From Paramoeba atlantica (Eukaryota > Protista > Discosea): a stretch of 64,000 nt of DNA. A program made the position numbers and the translations under genes. This document shows, piece by piece, positions 9,022-20,488 of the stretch (positions within the stretch are counted from its first letter, which is position 1; each line of letters begins with the position of its first letter). The notes beneath the pieces are model-generated. The model was not told where the DNA came from. It ran no database searches and saw only the letters and a program-made list of their open reading frames with translations. The stretch covers positions 1 through 64,000 of the forward strand of contig CDRNVI010000039.1 of the NCBI GenBank assembly GCA_977017575.1, written 5' to 3'.

Positions 9022-10299
9022 ATGTTTTCGCAAATTAGCACCCAGCTTACACCAACGGTGAGGCGCCTTTTAAAGGAAACCCATACCGCCTACGGAACAT
9101 ACTACCGTGTTTTTCTTCACAATCATTTGGTACACGGATTAATTTCACTAGTTGCGTTACAGCGCTCAGATGCTGAAATCGAGAAGCACTACTATTCTCA
9201 AGCACAACTACTTGAGAAGCCAACTCCTCGTTTACTGCAAATAACAGAAGCGAACTGGGAATCTCACTTGGATGAGGGCTTCCGTGCAGCTCCAGACTTT
9301 GTAAACTTCTTTGATCATGTTGTCAGCAGAATTGGTTTTCAATCCTGTCTAAAGAAATTCGTCTTGCATCCAAAGCTGGCTTCGCGACTTGTGGCAGGAG
9401 CAGTGCACGGGCTCATTCACTTAGGCTACGCGTGTGAGTTAGCAGAGAAGGAACCGGACGCCGCATGCGACTTATTATCGGAAACGTTGGCTATGGTTTG
9501 TACCACTCGAGATCAATTTCGGCAAATCGTTGATATGCTCCCTTCTTTGAGTATGGAACACGGCAATTTCGAAGGAAATATTGTGTTGTCTATAATCGAG
9601 GCGATGGAGAAAGAGACAAAACTTTATGAAATTCCTCCTCGGGATCATCCAGACAAGCTGGATTACGTGATCGCACATACAGATGTCATGAAACCGTTTT
9701 ACGCCAAATTTGAAATAGAACCTTCTCACGCAAGCATTACGAAGCGACTGAAGGAACTATATGTTGCCGCGACGGTCATTGTATTCGCCTCCGTTGTGGA
9801 TTATAGAGCCCCGCGAGTGGATTTTTTTCTTGTTCACTTGCTAACCTCTTGCTTTGCTTTGGTACAGGTTCTTCCCTCCATTGAATTAAGTGTCGCTCTG
9901 GTTCTGTGTCGACTTCATTTCATTGCGACACTAACGTGGTATCGAGCCCGCGCGTCGCCCACTCTATGCGTTCATGCTTTACTACAAGAATCTACCCCAT
10001 TAAGCTGGATCGATGTAGAAAACCTTTACGCACAACCCGACATGGAAGTTCACGCTGTCAAAGCTGTTAGAGCTTTAAAATTCGGTCAAGAGCTTTGTGT
10101 ACAAGAAAGTTTAGAACAAATGCTTCCCGAAACGAAAGGAAAGAATTTCTGGTTAATCTGCGCTAACGTTTTGGCAAAGGCAATTCCTGAAGAACAGGAC
10201 ATGGAAATATGGATGCAAAAGGGTGTAATGGTGGGGAAAACGGGCAGCCCTTTATGGCTGCAGGAGGAAGCTTGGGCTTACTACAAACCTACAAGTTAG
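9022..10299 (+). CDS. Questin oxidase-like / DUF4243 (HypA/AflY-type) oxidoreductase
   Basis: Family His motifs: FLHNHLVHGLISL, RLVAGAVHGLIHLGYACE, DFFLVHLLTS, EVHAVKAVRAL. First ATG at 9022. Confidence 0.8.
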   Translation: MFSQISTQLTPTVRRLLKETHTAYGTYYRVFLHNHLVHGLISLVALQRSDAEIEKHYYSQAQLLEKPTPRLLQITEANWESHLDEGFRAAPDFVNFFDHVVSRIGFQSCLKKFVLHPKLASRLVAGAVHGLIHLGYACELAEKEPDAACDLLSETLAMVCTTRDQFRQIVDMLPSLSMEHGNFEGNIVLSIIEAMEKETKLYEIPPRDHPDKLDYVIAHTDVMKPFYAKFEIEPSHASITKRLKELYVAATVIVFASVVDYRAPRVDFFLVHLLTSCFALVQVLPSIELSVALVLCRLHFIATLTWYRARASPTLCVHALLQESTPLSWIDVENLYAQPDMEVHAVKAVRALKFGQELCVQESLEQMLPETKGKNFWLICANVLAKAIPEEQDMEIWMQKGVMVGKTGSPLWLQEEAWAYYKPTS

Positions 10300-11392
10300 T
10301 TCGTCCCATGTACACGGGTTGAATGAAAAGACCAGTCTGCACATTTTAGTAGTCTACTGTATGTTGCACTTGTGACATTACTCCTTGTGACACGTGATAA
10401 ATATCAACTTGTAAATACAAAATATTTATTTTTGTACATACAGGTACACCCCTTAGACGATAGCAGTCCCCCCCCCTTAATTTTCGTACAGGTGGAGCTC
10501 AGAGCTCATATTTATTTTAAAGAATGTGTAGAATAGAAAAGTAGAACGTTTCCCGCTATTTTTAGCTCAGTTTATTCATGATATGAAACGCCGGAGTGGG
10601 GCCAAAAAAATTACATTGATTTTTGACAATTTACTTCTCCAAAATATTTTTAAATATGGCAATTCTTGGTGAAAGTAAAGGAAAATTCGCTTTTTTATGA
10701 CTTTTTAGCTTGACATTTTTCTTTTCAACAAAAGGACATTATCTACGTACATAATATTGTATATGACTATTGTATACTCATTTTCCGTTATTTTCTATGG
10801 TATGCCAGGGGTGTAGTGGGTTCGCTTGTCGATGACAGTTCACCCTCAGCCGTATATCACGCTGGTCGGAAGCACAGTGCGAGCACTGGCTTCGAAGGCA
10901 CGGGCTTGTCACGAGAAGCGTTTTCTGTGGAAAAAGGACACACTCATCAACAAAAGAAATGGAATTAGAGGATAGTATGTGGCACTGTACTAAGAAATGC
11001 AAGAGTAGATTTCTAGATAGGTTGTAAACTAGGGTGTAAAGCAAATGTTTTTCAAAAAAGGCGAATTTTCCTTTACTTTAACCCAATTCTCTCGTGAAAG
11101 AAAATCTCAAGTCCGTCGAATCCGCCAATTTAGTTGAATACAGGAGGGGCCACGAAAACTGACAAGGTCCGCATTTTAGCGTCCTGAGGCAGTTTGAGCT
11201 GATTTTTGTTGCAAACGAGAGATCTCGTTCTGAATATCGTGTCTACGCTATTTAAAATACAAAAACGTTCACCGGAAAACATTTCCAATGAGTTACAAAA
11301 GTGAAATTTTAAAGATTTTACAAATTGAAAAACGGGTCTAAAATTCGTAATTTTTACGTACCACGGCCCAAAAAGTACCCAGAAAGTAGGTC

Positions 11393-11824
11393 TTAATAGC
11401 CAGTATTCCCACCTCCACGCTCACGTAGTATAGCGAGGCGCGTGGGAAGACTCTTTAGCGTATTCACATACGCCTCGTGACATTCGTTCAACAAATATTC
11501 CTTGGCCTTTGGAATAGCCGCTTGTAATTCTTTTCGATTCTGTGGACGGAGATGGCTGTGGATGTACTTATCCATCATGCTCCACAAATTCTCAATCAAA
11601 TTGAGATCAGGAGATTTCGAAGGCCAATCAATAATTTTGATGTCTTCCAACTTACCTATTCTCCTGGCTTCCCCATGCCCTGGCGCGTTGTCAAGGACAA
11701 TTGTAGCCCCGGGGTGGCGATGCATCCAGTTGAAAAACCCATTTCGTTTTTTCATTGCATTCAAAAAGACCTCATTTGTAACAGTTTCATTTTGTGCGAA
11801 CTCATGGAAACACGCATCAGGCAC
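11393..11824 (-). pseudogene. Tc1-like transposase C-terminal fragment (element B), DD32E
   Basis: IVLDNAPGH...WPSKSPDLNLIENLW...GGNTGY*; 32 residues between D and E; first catalytic Asp and HTH missing. Possible left end TA|CAGGAGGGG at 11141. Confidence 0.85.
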
Positions 11825-12376
11825 TTCCCAATTTTATACCGTCTTCAAGCCTCTTGAAACGTTTGTTTTTATGTGGTATCTCGCCACAGATAATACGGGG
11901 TGTATTCGCCCACAAAAGTGCTTCTAAAGACATACCGGCACATTTTCTTCCGTTTTTCACAAGATTGAGCTGAGAAACACCAAGAATGAAAACATTATGC
12001 AGCTCAGACGATTCATAGAGAGAAGAGGGGATTCGAAACGTGGACAAAAATGGGTGAAAAGTCAGTAGAATAACCGAATTTGATCAATGAAAGATCATTT
12101 TTGTTTCTAAAAATTTAAGTGAAAAACGGAGAAAAATTCAAAAAATTGGGGTACATTTTCACCATAAAATACCCACTTTTTCTTTTCCTTTGTCGGTAAG
12201 AGAACAGAATTGCTCTGAAATTTCGGCAAAATATCCCAACATTGTCGGTTTCGTGACTGTCGAAAGAGCCTCGCCCTACTCATCAGAGGTCGAACTCCTC
12301 CGCACGGGTAAACTAAACCAACTGTACGAATATTATTCGCACCTTTTTATTACTATTAGTATTCGCAATACACTTA

Positions 12377-13126
12377 CAGGGGTATCAACTTCCATTTGGG
12401 GGGGTCTAAAAATTGTAAAACTTGGCCAATTTTGGAAAATAATGGCGCATTGGAGAGTTCTCGCAGAATTGTATGTCTTTGGCATATTCGGAATGCTCAA
12501 CTTGAAAGATCTAATTTAAAAGAAAAAAGTATTGTTTTTTTCACGTGAAAGTGTGGCAATTTTTCATTTTTTACCCATTTTATGACCACAAAAACGAGTT
12601 TGCTTAAGGATTCCCCTGGTGTTTTGATCGCGCGTTCATATGCTTTACCATGGAAGATTAGGTAATGTAACGGAATGCTTCTTGTGGCAGACTTCGAGAA
12701 AACACAGACTTATTCCCGGACTTACCTAAATTTTCGTGTCCACTAGGAAACTGTGAAACACTGAGTGGAAGGGTTCATGTTTTTAATGATAAACGTCAGA
12801 GAAAAGACAAAGTGAAATTTGAGTGCGTTAAAAAACTTTAAAAAACGTATAGAATTGACGTAGAGAAAAAGAGGGCACATTGCGGATGCTACATGGGCTT
12901 GAAAAAAATGAGTGTTAAAAAACCTGAGATTTTTTTGTCATTTCTTTAAGTGACAATTCGCATTTTTGGCCTATTCGGCATTCGTAGTTCTAATTTGATA
13001 TGATAAAAGCTACCAGTGCAAAGACATACAACTCTGCGAGCGCTCTCCAAAGCGCCATTATTTTCCAAAATTGAGAAGTTTTTATAAATTTTAGACCCCC
13101 CCCCCAAATGGAAGTTGACACCCCTG
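12377..13126. mobile_element. MITE (750 bp) with ~110-bp TIRs of the CAGGGG/DD32E family
   Basis: TA|CAGGGGTATCAACTTCCATTTGGGGGGGTCTAAAAATT... and ...GGAAGTTGACACCCCTG|TA; no ORF inside. Confidence 0.92.
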
Positions 13127-13752
13127 TATTATTCGCAAAAAGACCTATGATTCCCATTTTTTATTATTCGCATTTTTTGGTTTCGTATTTTTTTTATATA
13201 TAATTCACCATTATTGAAAATCAAGTAATCCATTATGTCCTAAAATTGAAATCTTTTTGTCATATAGTGCGTACACAGTGTTCCTTGGTCTCTTACTATG
13301 TCGGTATTCAAATCTAACATATTTTGTATATCCTATTGCATATTATATTTTTGGGCCCTATAATAAACTAACTGTAATAACTTACGATTGGGCAATCTCC
13401 TGGTTAGCATTGCGGCCCATTCGCAAGTTATCAATCCCCAACGCTTAGTGTACAATTTTGAGAAGGTAGTGCATGTGACCATTAAAACATGCGTAAGTTT
13501 TGGTAGTGTAAATGCGGTGCCCGCCACATTCATAACACGAGAGTCTGCTTTCATACTCCAGAAATGCCCAGTTCCCAAAGCTCAAAGCAGAAAATTTAAA
13601 AATATTTTTTTTTTGGCCAGTCGGGTTTGTCCCCAAGTCTCAGCAAACAATATGTGAATAAAAGTAATTGTATGTAAGTGAATGAAGATAAAGAGTTAGA
13701 TAAAAGATTTTTTTTTTCGTCAGCACGGTCTCGGTATGTGTTTTCTTCGTGA

Positions 13753-14604
13753 TCAATTAGCACTAAATTCGCGGCTGTAGGAATCGGCCATGTTTTCCTT
13801 GGTGTTTACATATGATGGTGTTATATGCAATCCTCTTCCTTCGGCATAGGGAAGTATTCTCTCTAATGTGGCTGAGAGTTGCTGGGAGTCAGACCAGCGT
13901 TTACGTAGGGCTGCTTCGACACTGGTGTTGTCTACTCGGAGTTGGATCTTTCGGAATTGCGTCCAGCGATCCTCGAACGCGGTGAGCGCATGTTGAACAG
14001 CGAGGGTTTCGCCAGCGTTTATCTCCATCGGTGCGTTCCACGGTGCCCCTGTGGCGTGTACAGGGCCGGTAGGTAATATCAACACAGCACCCCAACCCTT
14101 CAAAGAGGCATCAGTATAAAGGACGGCTGGCTGCCCGTTGGGTACGGGCTCGTATCTTTTTAGCTCGTTGGTGCGTATTTTTGCTAGCCATCTGTTCAGT
14201 TGATCTAAAACGCACGGCGATAAATCGAGCAAGGTATTGTCATTTATGATGCCTTTGTTTATTCGAGAAATTTGCCTTCGTGTGTATTTGATGCACCGGT
14301 AAAACTGTGGAAGGTATATCTTTAGGACGGAGCTTGCATAAACTAATCTGGCTACGCCTGATTCCAGCTGGTAGAACGGGATCCTGCCGGGAAATGTTTG
14401 AGGCAAATTGGAAATAAATCGGTCCGACAGATTATATTGTTTTGTATCGTGGTTGTAATTTACGCCTAGGAATTGATACTTGCTGCCATTGACGGTTTCA
14501 TCAGGATCGAAAGTCATACGCAAATCTCTTGCTCGGGCTTCCAGCCACTTCTCATATTTGTGTCGTTCTACTTCTGGACCTGTCTATCGAAGCCCATCAA
14601 GATA
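13753..14604 (-). pseudogene. RT C-terminus plus DIRS-type RNase H of the YR retrotransposon
   Basis: YLDG, FLGV, LYTDASLKGWGAV, INAGETLAV, VDNTSV, NMADSYSR; one in-frame TAG at 14586-14584. Confidence 0.9.
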
Positions 14605-14606
14605 TA

Positions 14607-16184
14607 CAGGGGGGTAAATCAGATGCTGCGGGGGGTCTAAAAATTGCAAAACCCTTCAAATTTTGGAAAATGATAGCGCATTCGAGAGCTCTCGCAGAGT
14701 TCTATGTTTTTGCGCTATTTTCACCCCAAAAGAAAGCAATTTTGTTTATGGCATTTTTTTTAAAGTTTTTTTGCCCCTCTAAAATTTGCAGTTTTTCCCA
14801 AATTTGCTCATTTTTTCGTTTTTTCTCCATTTTGTCTCAGTTTTATGCCGCGAAAGCGATCCCGTTCTATGCAGAACAAAGGATCTCTCTCCGATAGGGC
14901 GTACTCCTCCCCTGGGCACACCGAATATTCACATAGGATGCTTCTTGTAAAAGATTACGAGAATACAAATTCCTATAGTGCGACTTGCCGAAGAGAAGGC
15001 GTCCACCACAGCACTGTCAAGTTGTGGGTGAAACGCTTTGAGGAAACCGGGGACGTTGAACGTTCCACACCCCCTCGCGAACGCACTGTGGCGACACCCG
15101 GGCTTCTTGATGCGTGCCACGAGATTATTGACACGGCCAACACGTCGAGCACACGCGGTTGTCCCTCCTGGAATTTTATACTTCGAGAGGTCAGGAAACG
15201 AGGTTTCACCTGCAGCAGGCCAACTGTAGTAAATTTTTTGAAGGACGCAGGGATAATCCAACGTTCTTTTTCGAAAGGCCTTTTTTAACTGAATCTCATA
15301 AGGCCAAGCGACTAACCTTTGCATTGAAAATGCAGAAGTGGTCTGTCGCACAGCTTCGTCACATAATTTGGTGTGACGAAAAAAAATTCACTTGCCAGCT
15401 TGGACAGGAAAGCCGCTCGTACATTTGCAGAGCAAGTGACCCCCCGAAACCACCTCTAAAAGCTTCGCAAAAGTGGTTTGGGGGGGTGGAGTGAACGTTT
15501 GGATGGGTATAAGCTTTATTTATGGATTTTTTTATGATGTTTTTCCAAACAGGGACAGTAATGGGAAAATTACCATCACTTCAGATGTTTTTAAATGCGC
15601 GATGACAAAAAGAGTGGTTTTTTTAAGTTTCTTAAAGCGTCATAGCGGGGCCCGGGTTGCTATGGATAATGCTCCTTGCCACAATGGCAGTTTTAGAACC
15701 TTTAAAGAAAACGAAGTCGTTGTTTTGGACTTTCCCCCAAAATCCCCAGATCTTAACCCCATTGAAAACATTTGGGAAATTATGGATGCCTTTATTAAAA
15801 ATGGTACAAATCCAGAAAATAGGACTGAACTCTTGTTTTCTATTGAAAGAGCGGTTGATTACATTAAAACAGATGGTCATGACATGCTCATTAACACTTT
15901 AAACAGCATGCCGCGGCGTTTCGACATAGTAGTAGAAAAAAAGGAGAAAGTTGTAATTATTAGTCGTCTAAAACCTTTCTCACAATTTTTGCATTTTGAC
16001 GTTTTTGGGCTTCTTGTCAGTTGAACACCCCCCTATACCCCGGGAAACTGCCTTTTCTAAAACATAGAACTCTTCGAGAGCTCTCGAATACTAATAATAA
16101 ATCTCGAATAAATAATATCATTTTCCAAAATTGGAAAGGTTTTGCAATTTTTAGACCCCCCGCAGCATCTGATTTACCCCCCTG
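14607..16184 (+). mobile_element. Complete Tc1-like element C (1578 bp), DD32E
   Basis: TIRs identical over the first 47 nt (CAGGGGGGTAAATCAGATGCTGCGGGGGGTCTAAAAATTGCAAAACC), then imperfect; TA at 14605-14606 and 16185-16186. Confidence 0.95.
14845..15963 (+). pseudogene. Transposase of element C with three -1 frameshifts (possibly assembly errors)
   Basis: ORFs 14845, 15159 and 15473 carry consecutive parts (MPRKRSRS..., WCDEKKF, AMDNAPCH...PPKSPDLNPIE); adding one base to the runs at ~15275, ~15480-15486 and ~15935-15942 gives one ORF ending KKGESCNY*. Confidence 0.88.
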
Positions 16185-16967
16185 TATATCACAGTTTCCT
16201 GAGCAGGAATATGGTTCATCCACATACTCAGGCTGTCCAGCGAGTACTGAAGTTAGAATTTGTTGCACCTCAGGAGCACACATATGGCCCATTGGAACTC
16301 TCGTCATTTGATAAACCTTGTCTTCGAATATGAATCGGTAGTAAGGCCTAGACAACTTCGGCAATGGAATCTGACAAAATCCGCAGCGTAAATCGCGTTT
16401 CACGGCACCAGATGTTTCGAGTTTTGGAAGATACGAGCTCGACTGTTCAATGGGAACATCAGCATGATATACACCCTTTAAAGCTGCATTATGGGCCTCC
16501 GGCCAACATATGAATCTTCGTCGTGGCCCTGAGTCCCGCACCTCTACTGTAGTAAACGGTTTCACATAGGCTTTTGTCGGTTGTGAATGGAGGGATTCAT
16601 GTGATAGGTGTTCGATAATACCCGTATCGGTCAGTACTTTGATATCATCTCTTGAAAGTGAATTGTTGACACTGATAGCCTCCTGGGAAAACACATCTCG
16701 TGGAATATCTGGCTTAAGAATGTGGTAGTACACCTCATTGAATCGTTTGAGGGTGGAATCGGACATTAGATGCGTGGCTTTATCCAAGTCAAGAGTGTCA
16801 ACTGCCTTTGCGTGCAACGGATATTTCATTTCTTTCGGTCCTGGCTTGGAAGTACGTGCTTTTGTTCTGTTAAAAGTTCGACGCGGTCGCCAGAGTGCTT
16901 CGTCCTGATCACGTTGCCAATTTACTGTCGTTATTTCGAAATTCGTTGCGTTCTCTGAAGATATCAT
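16185..16967 (-). pseudogene. RT N-terminal part of the YR retrotransposon
   Basis: RRRFICWP, KRDLRCGFCQIPL, YQMTRVPMGHMCAPEVQQ are DIRS/VIPER-type RT motifs; the ORF runs into the Tc1 TIR at the TA. Confidence 0.88.
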
Positions 16968-17153
16968 AGCAGTCTGGTTGCATTTTGTGTTCCCAAAGCG
17001 ATGGCCGCTGTAGCGTTTATTCCGGCATATCGGAGGAGTGTCTGCAGGTGCTTGTGTTTCGTCAGTCTCATTATTTCTTCTAGAGTAAGTTTCCCTTTTC
17101 CCACCTCCTCCATCAGTACATGGACTGCACCGTGTTTTAATGAATGGCTCGTA
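16964..17153 (-). pseudogene. Tyrosine recombinase C-terminal part (box II)
   Basis: After removing the MITE: YTSHSLKHGAVHVLM...IMRLTKHKHLQTLLRYAG..., i.e. HxxK/R, H and catalytic Y. Confidence 0.85.
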
Positions 17154-17155
17154 TA

Positions 17156-18134
17156 CCGTTACCCCCCCCTTACTTCGCCTCCCCCCTTACTTCACCACAT
17201 TTAGTCGCTGGACGTGTGGTGAAGTAAGGGGGGTGTCGGATTTTTCTCAGACAACTTACCACCTCTTTACACAGCCGGGGGGGGGGGGTGCACTGCAACC
17301 GACCGTTGCATCGGGGTAAGGCGAGGCAGAGCCACGCCCAGTGATCTTCAAGGAGGGACACAGATGGCGCACAAACATCGATGAACAAAGGTTCTTGGTG
17401 CACACGTCGGTGAAGACGACGCCGTCATACCAGGATTTTAAACCACAGTCCGGTTTAACGTTCCGGGGGGAAATGATAACGGTTACAGGAATGCTACGTA
17501 GCTGCAGGAATGATAACTTTTGAAGATTGTCTTGGGTTTACCGTACGATTCGTCGACGCAACGGGTTGGTAGCAGCGCGTTGTTGCCGCCTTGTACTAAC
17601 GAAAACAGGTAGAGGACTTCGGCCTCGAAACTTCCAAATCTGTCTGTGAAGGGCCTGGCTTGCTAGTGACCGATCGGAGCTATCCGGAATGATTTAGTAT
17701 GTTGAACCATTTCTAATTCAGAACGATTTTCTTCCATGTCAGTTTCATCATCATGTCAGTTTGATCATAAAATTGCGCCACAGTGTTTTGTAGTTCTAAA
17801 ATTTAAATTGGTGTTCAATGGGTTATGTTCTGCGACACCATTTAAATTTCACGATCTAAGAAATTTTCATGGGGGGAAAGTTAAAAGCCCATGGGACATT
17901 GTAGACAAGCTAAACGAAATATAAAATATAGAATGTGCAACACGAGGTATTACAACACTCAAGAAAAGGAAATTACGCCCAATGTCGATAGCATAGTGTA
18001 CTTCAATAATTTGAGGATTTTCGAGAGAACTATAAATTGATCGAACTTTGAATCATTTATTCACCCCCCTTACTTCACCACAAAGTACGGGTCTTGGGCC
18101 AAAAAGTGGGGGCTAAGTAAGGGGGGGGTAACGG
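17156..18134. mobile_element. MITE, CCGT family, copy 2 (979 bp)
   Basis: Same termini as 4539-5535; TA at 17154-17155 and 18135-18136; only a few differences seen by eye. Confidence 0.92.
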
Positions 18135-18535
18135 TACTGTTTTCCTAAGCGAGTCGAAAGGGCCCTCGTAATTTCCTGCGTGGTTGTATTTGATATGCAA
18201 TCCTGTGGGTGCATGGGAAAAAGGTAACGATATATTTGCGGCGTGAATCTTCCGTCTATGACCGTGAACGCATCTGGGCGGAAAGGCTCTGTTTTTGCGC
18301 TCTTTTCCTGAAAAATTAAGGTTGTGTACACAGTAAACCTTGAAGCGAACTTTTTTATATTTTTTTGCGACCTTTCAAGTGGAACCATGGATTCGGATAC
18401 GACAAAAGAATAACGGGAGATACTGTTCCATTTTAGTCGTGCCTTGTCAACAGAGCTTTTAGTATTTTCCTCGTTCACAATAGCCTGGGTCATAGAGCAC
18501 ATGTTCCTCAGACGTCGAGTTCGAACCCCGCTCAT
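18135..18535 (-). pseudogene. Tyrosine recombinase N-terminal part
   Basis: LKWNSISRYS (candidate box I Arg) and EKSAKT (candidate catalytic Lys); joins in frame to 17153-16964, giving 196 aa. Confidence 0.78.
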
Positions 18536-18887
18536 GGAACATAATTCCCGGCGGCCTCACTCCAGGAGGCTGGGTTGAGAATCGACTAGGCCCAGTACTC
18601 GAAGGACCGGTCAGGACCCCTCTCAGGGAGCCAGGTACCTTACACGGCTTACACCTCTTGGGTTAGCCGTGTTGACGTACAATTCGTCGTAATCGATTCG
18701 TCCTTTCGCGGTGACGTCGTATTTTTTCTTCCGGAGAGAAATATTTTGAATTTTGTTGATGAACAGACCGACAACCAACTCAAATGTTTCGGAAGATTTT
18801 GGTGAAAATCTAAAAAAAATCCGTTAATTATTATTCCGTTAATTTTCATTCCAATGATTTTTATTCCTTTAATAAGTGCTTTGACGG

Positions 18888-19242
<355 letters not shown>

Positions 19243-20488
19243 GGACATACGAGTGCAGAGCAGAATTTTTCCAAAGTTCCGGTGTGATAGAACCTGGAGA
19301 GTTCACGAAAAACACCAAAAAAGATTCCTCGGTGATATTCCCCGGTGTATTACCAACACTGTGCACCTCTAGTAATCGTTCAAGCCGAAAGAAGCACGTT
19401 GTTCTTTTTCACCTGTTGGGGGCGCTGCTGCATATCATATTGCGAGATACATGAAAATTGCGAGCCGTTGATGAAAATGACCCTGTTTTCTCGAAATTTT
19501 CAACCAGCAACATTATAAAAAAAGGGGGGGTTATGTGTTAGTTTTGTTTTATTTGAGGGTGAGAAACGGTTCTCCGAGAATTTCCCTCGAAGAACGTGAA
19601 TGTAACCCGATTTTGGGGCATCAATGTCCAAAAAAGGGAAAAAACAGGCAAAAAAATGCGAATTTTACAACCTGAAAAAACGTAATTTTACTCTAAAATG
19701 CGTTGTGTGTGAAAGCATGGGAAACGACATGTAAGTAGGCGATGTTGACCTGCTTTGTTTGCATTTGCGCCCTGTTTAGCAAGGAAAGGTGAGCAAGCCA
19801 CATACAATTTTTTTGGCATCGGAAGGGGTGGGGAAGGATTTCGGCGTGTATGCCTTGATACGACCTCATAATAGGTTGTGTGGGAGCAGGCACGAATTTC
19901 GCCGATAGGGGAATCTGCACGAGAATGCGATAGGAGATCTGTGTGACAAAACGTGAGCCGCAGTGACAACACTAGAGTTTCCCCCTGATCGAGGGCCTTG
20001 CATTGGTGTATTGTAGGTCAGCAAGAAGGAAACGAACAAAAGATAAAAATCTTGCTCCCATGGTCCGAACGGACCCTCCTGGAGCACCTTCGAAAACCAT
20101 TTGAATTCTAAATCTGTTTTATTTTCGAAATAACTTTGTTTCTGTGAATCTCGACCCCTGGTATGTTCTCGTTTTCCCTGGAACCTCATGCCTTCCCCTA
20201 GACTCCCTCCGCCTGAACGCTCGCCCCGAACCCCCTCCCTGAACTCCCCTTTACCACCCCCTAGAACCCCCTGGACCCCCCGAATTCTCCTTAGACTCTC
20301 AAGTCCTAAAATCCTTTTGCTGAATTTCGGATCCCCCTATTTTTTCCTTTCCTATTCTATTACTGGGGGTCTACGGTTTTTCGAAGCTAGGAATCAAAAT
20401 TAGTGTTGAATTTTTACGTGCTGAATTTTACGACGCGTTTTTGATATCGTTACAGATTTTTTTTATTACATTTTGATATTATATCCGC

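Larger units (their letters stand above)
13753..18535 (-). mobile_element. Tyrosine-recombinase (DIRS-order, VIPER/TATE-like) retrotransposon, YR then RT-RNase H, interrupted by two TA-site insertions
   Basis: Both ORFs rejoin in frame when 14607-16184 and 17156-18134 (each with one TA) are removed. Confidence 0.88.

Noticed and set aside
19620-19960. Possible zinc-finger or AP-endonuclease remnants on + (CVVCE, DVDLLCLH)
   Set aside because: Short, stop-riddled and not distinguishable from chance.
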